Positions 15,881 to 17,540 of a DNA stretch of 17,540 nt are shown here, in pieces. Below the pieces are notes generated by a model. The model was not told the DNA's origin and did no database searches. It was given only the letters and a program-made list of their open reading frames with translations. Source of the DNA: a virus (lineage: Duplodnaviria > Heunggongvirae > Uroviricota > Caudoviricetes). Location of the stretch: IMG/VR virus record IMGVR_UViG_3300042934_000306; one strand, given 5' to 3'. How positions within the stretch are numbered: the stretch's first letter is position 1; each line of letters opens with the position of its first letter. Position numbers and translations under genes: made by a program.

Positions 15881-16455
15881 CAGAAAGCCTCCCAGTCAGT
15901 CGCGATTATATCCACACCAGTTGCAAACCAGTCTGTCTGCGCCTGTAAATCACCATTCATCATTACCAGGCGAGGCATCACCATCACATCGCACCCTTCC
16001 ACAATATCGAATGCCTCTTCCGGCAAGAATTCGAAGAGCTTTTCTTTGCTGCCAATGCTGCCACGGAACATCGATATATAGCTCCCTTTAGGCCATGATG
16101 TCCGCCGGGCATCAAGCCCTTTCATCATCCAGTAAAAAGCCGAGGAAAAAGGGATATTCTTTTTGCCAATGATTACATTATTCGCTTCTGTGTACTTCAG
16201 GAACTTAACTAACCTTACCATTGACTCGGATAACGCAACGTATGGCTCATGATTGATTGCTGACACGCTTACACCGTGCAATCCAACGCTTACCACTGTC
16301 ATATCGCCGCTCTGTGCGGTTTCGATATTGACGCCTTTGCGAACTAATGAGGCGTAAAGTTCCTCTCGCTTTTGGGTCCAGCGTTCCCGCTTCCCTATGA
16401 AGTCACTCAAAATGAGATCTTCTTCTGCATATGCGTTATCGTTCGCCATTAACAT
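15880..16455 (-). CDS. hypothetical protein (191 aa) with DUF2829/Tad2-like C-terminal signature
   Basis: GGAGA SD 5 nt before ATG 16455; C-terminal AFYWMMKGLDARRTSWPKG ... DWFATGVDIIATDWEAF parallels the C-terminus of the 216-aa protein at 7583..8233. Confidence 0.5.
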   Translation of the reverse strand: MLMANDNAYAEEDLILSDFIGKRERWTQKREELYASLVRKGVNIETAQSGDMTVVSVGLHGVSVSAINHEPYVALSESMVRLVKFLKYTEANNVIIGKKNIPFSSAFYWMMKGLDARRTSWPKGSYISMFRGSIGSKEKLFEFLPEEAFDIVEGCDVMVMPRLVMMNGDLQAQTDWFATGVDIIATDWEAF

Positions 16456-16909
16456 AACGTCTCCTTTTTACACGCGCGACCATCTCTCGGTTAAACCGAT
16501 AGAGATGTCGAAACTTCGTATTAATTAAGGGTTACAGCCTGAGCGGCTATATGATGAATTGAAAGGAGTTGTGGCGGTGGTGCCTCCACCTGCCAGGTCA
16601 GCCACGCCCGGCGACGACACTTATCAGAACCTCAATGAATGAAAATGGCTTCGTCACGAGCGCATAGCCGCAATTACCACAACGGAAACGGCGCTCGCGT
16701 TAATTAAACGCCTTTTCCTGTTGTGCGCCGTACTCTTCCGGCTGTCACACCGAATCGCCAGGATGGTGAGTCCTCGGTCCGACGATATGAACGGGGCTTG
16801 CACATTCCGGCTACCTGGTTTGTTGCCTGAGCTAGGGGAAAAGGTAACCCCTTTAACGTCACCAGACCGCTAACGACGCATGTGCCAGACGCCGTGTTAC
16901 AACCAAATA

Positions 16910-16985
16910 TGGTGGCCCCTACCGGACTTGAACCGGTGACCGTGCGATTATGAGTCGCCAGCTCTAACCACTGAGCTAAAGGGCC
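16910..16985 (-). tRNA. tRNA with CAU anticodon, closest to enterobacterial tRNA-Ile2 (lysidine-dependent); would also score as tRNA-Met
   Basis: Minus-strand sequence GGCCCTTTAGCTCAGTGGTTAGAGCTGGCGACTCATAATCGCACGGTCACCGGTTCAAGTCCGGTAGGGGCCACCA folds by hand into a canonical cloverleaf with encoded CCA. Confidence 0.85.
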
Positions 16986-16994
16986 AGATTACTG

Positions 16995-17123
16995 TTAATT
17001 CCGCTTACGCTTTTTGCCAGAACCGCGTAAGGCTTTTGCCGCTTGCTCGACCCCATATGCAACCACCAGCAAAAATAAAAATGTCCAACCAGGGTTCTTA
17101 TCGGCAAACGCCCAAAAATTCAT
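16995..17123 (-). CDS. small membrane protein (42 aa): one TM segment plus Lys/Arg-rich tail
   Basis: Hand-translated MNFWAFADKNPGWTFLFLLVVAYGVEQAAKALRGSGKKRKRN; AGGTGG SD 9 nt upstream; its ATG overlaps the stop of the upstream ORF (ATGA); ends 10 nt before the tRNA. Below the track length cutoff. Confidence 0.35.
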   Translation of the reverse strand: MNFWAFADKNPGWTFLFLLVVAYGVEQAAKALRGSGKKRKRN

Positions 17124-17356
17124 CACTTACAGCCACCTTGCATTTCCTTGGATAATTCATTGATTTTAGTGCTCAATAAGCAATCAAAATAAAGATAAAA
17201 CACAAAAGTAACGATAGTGCTTAAAGTGTCTGAAATTGCGTATTTCAGCTCAGGAAGCATGACAAAGCAGACAAATAGCGGAAGAAATAACTGCACTATG
17301 CACAGGCTCTTCTTCCACAACCATCTATATCTGAAGTCTGACAACAAAAACTCCAT
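17123..17356 (-). CDS. possible small hydrophobic protein (about 77 aa from ATG 17356)
   Basis: Track ORF 17123..17446 begins at a GTG with no SD; the internal ATG at 17356 also lacks a clear SD; AT-rich, two hydrophobic stretches. Kept only because the downstream small ORF is coupled to its stop. Confidence 0.2.
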   Translation of the reverse strand: MEFLLSDFRYRWLWKKSLCIVQLFLPLFVCFVMLPELKYAISDTLSTIVTFVFYLYFDCLLSTKINELSKEMQGGCK

Positions 17357-17540
17357 TGCTTGAAACTTTATTAGATTGCGGTGCCTGGTGCCTCCATGTG
17401 ACGTTAACCAGTTAACAATTAACGCCGGGATGTTTGACTTAACCACTAAGGAGGATTGTTTTAACTGTTCCGCGTGCGCTTAGCCGCATTCACCGCAATG
17501 GTAAGAGCACTTGGCTGGCTGGGCGGCGATGACGCCTGTA

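Noticed and set aside
16910-16985. tRNA as an integration attachment site for the tyrosine recombinase
   Set aside because: The recombinase is Cre-like with its own palindromic rox site 6 kb away, and no direct repeat of the tRNA 3' end is visible in the window; this fits a plasmid-borne phage tRNA, not an attB.
16995-17123. Hok/Gef-type toxin identity for the 42-aa membrane ORF
   Set aside because: No resemblance to the Hok sequence, and no obvious antisense-RNA or mok-like overlapping frame; left as a generic small membrane protein.
17445-17540. Plus-strand AAGGAGG at 17445..17451 as an SD for a gene leaving the window, and a minus-strand Cys-rich C-terminus entering at the window edge
   Set aside because: No start codon at workable spacing after the SD-like motif; the edge ORF is too short (under 20 codons) and its frame cannot be resolved.
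1-17540. CRISPR arrays, rRNA, IS elements or transposase genes
   Set aside because: No regularly spaced direct repeats, rRNA-like sequence or transposase-like translation were seen on either strand.

Overview
The window reads as a mosaic segment of a P1-family phage-plasmid, probably D6-type. Anchors: a Cre-like tyrosine recombinase (9630..10658, -) beside a perfect 14-4-14 inverted repeat (10811..10842) that matches the rox site as I recall it; a pacB/pacA/lpa-like packaging block (12118..15379, -); and a LexA-box-fronted humD-phd-doc block (4626..5689, +). The left 4.5 kb carries small lambdoid-style accessory genes (PAPS-reductase-like, DUF551, ASCH-like). The best candidate for something undescribed is a tightly coupled six-gene minus-strand operon (5725..9556) ending in a terminase-large-subunit paralog with degenerate Walker A and B motifs and no nuclease domain. 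Other points of interest: two proteins with a shared DUF2829/Tad2-like C-terminal signature, a 345-aa gene sitting where P1 has its c1 immunity genes, and a tRNA(CAU) preceded by a 42-aa membrane ORF. All family assignments come from reading the translations by eye and from memory; no database search was run.
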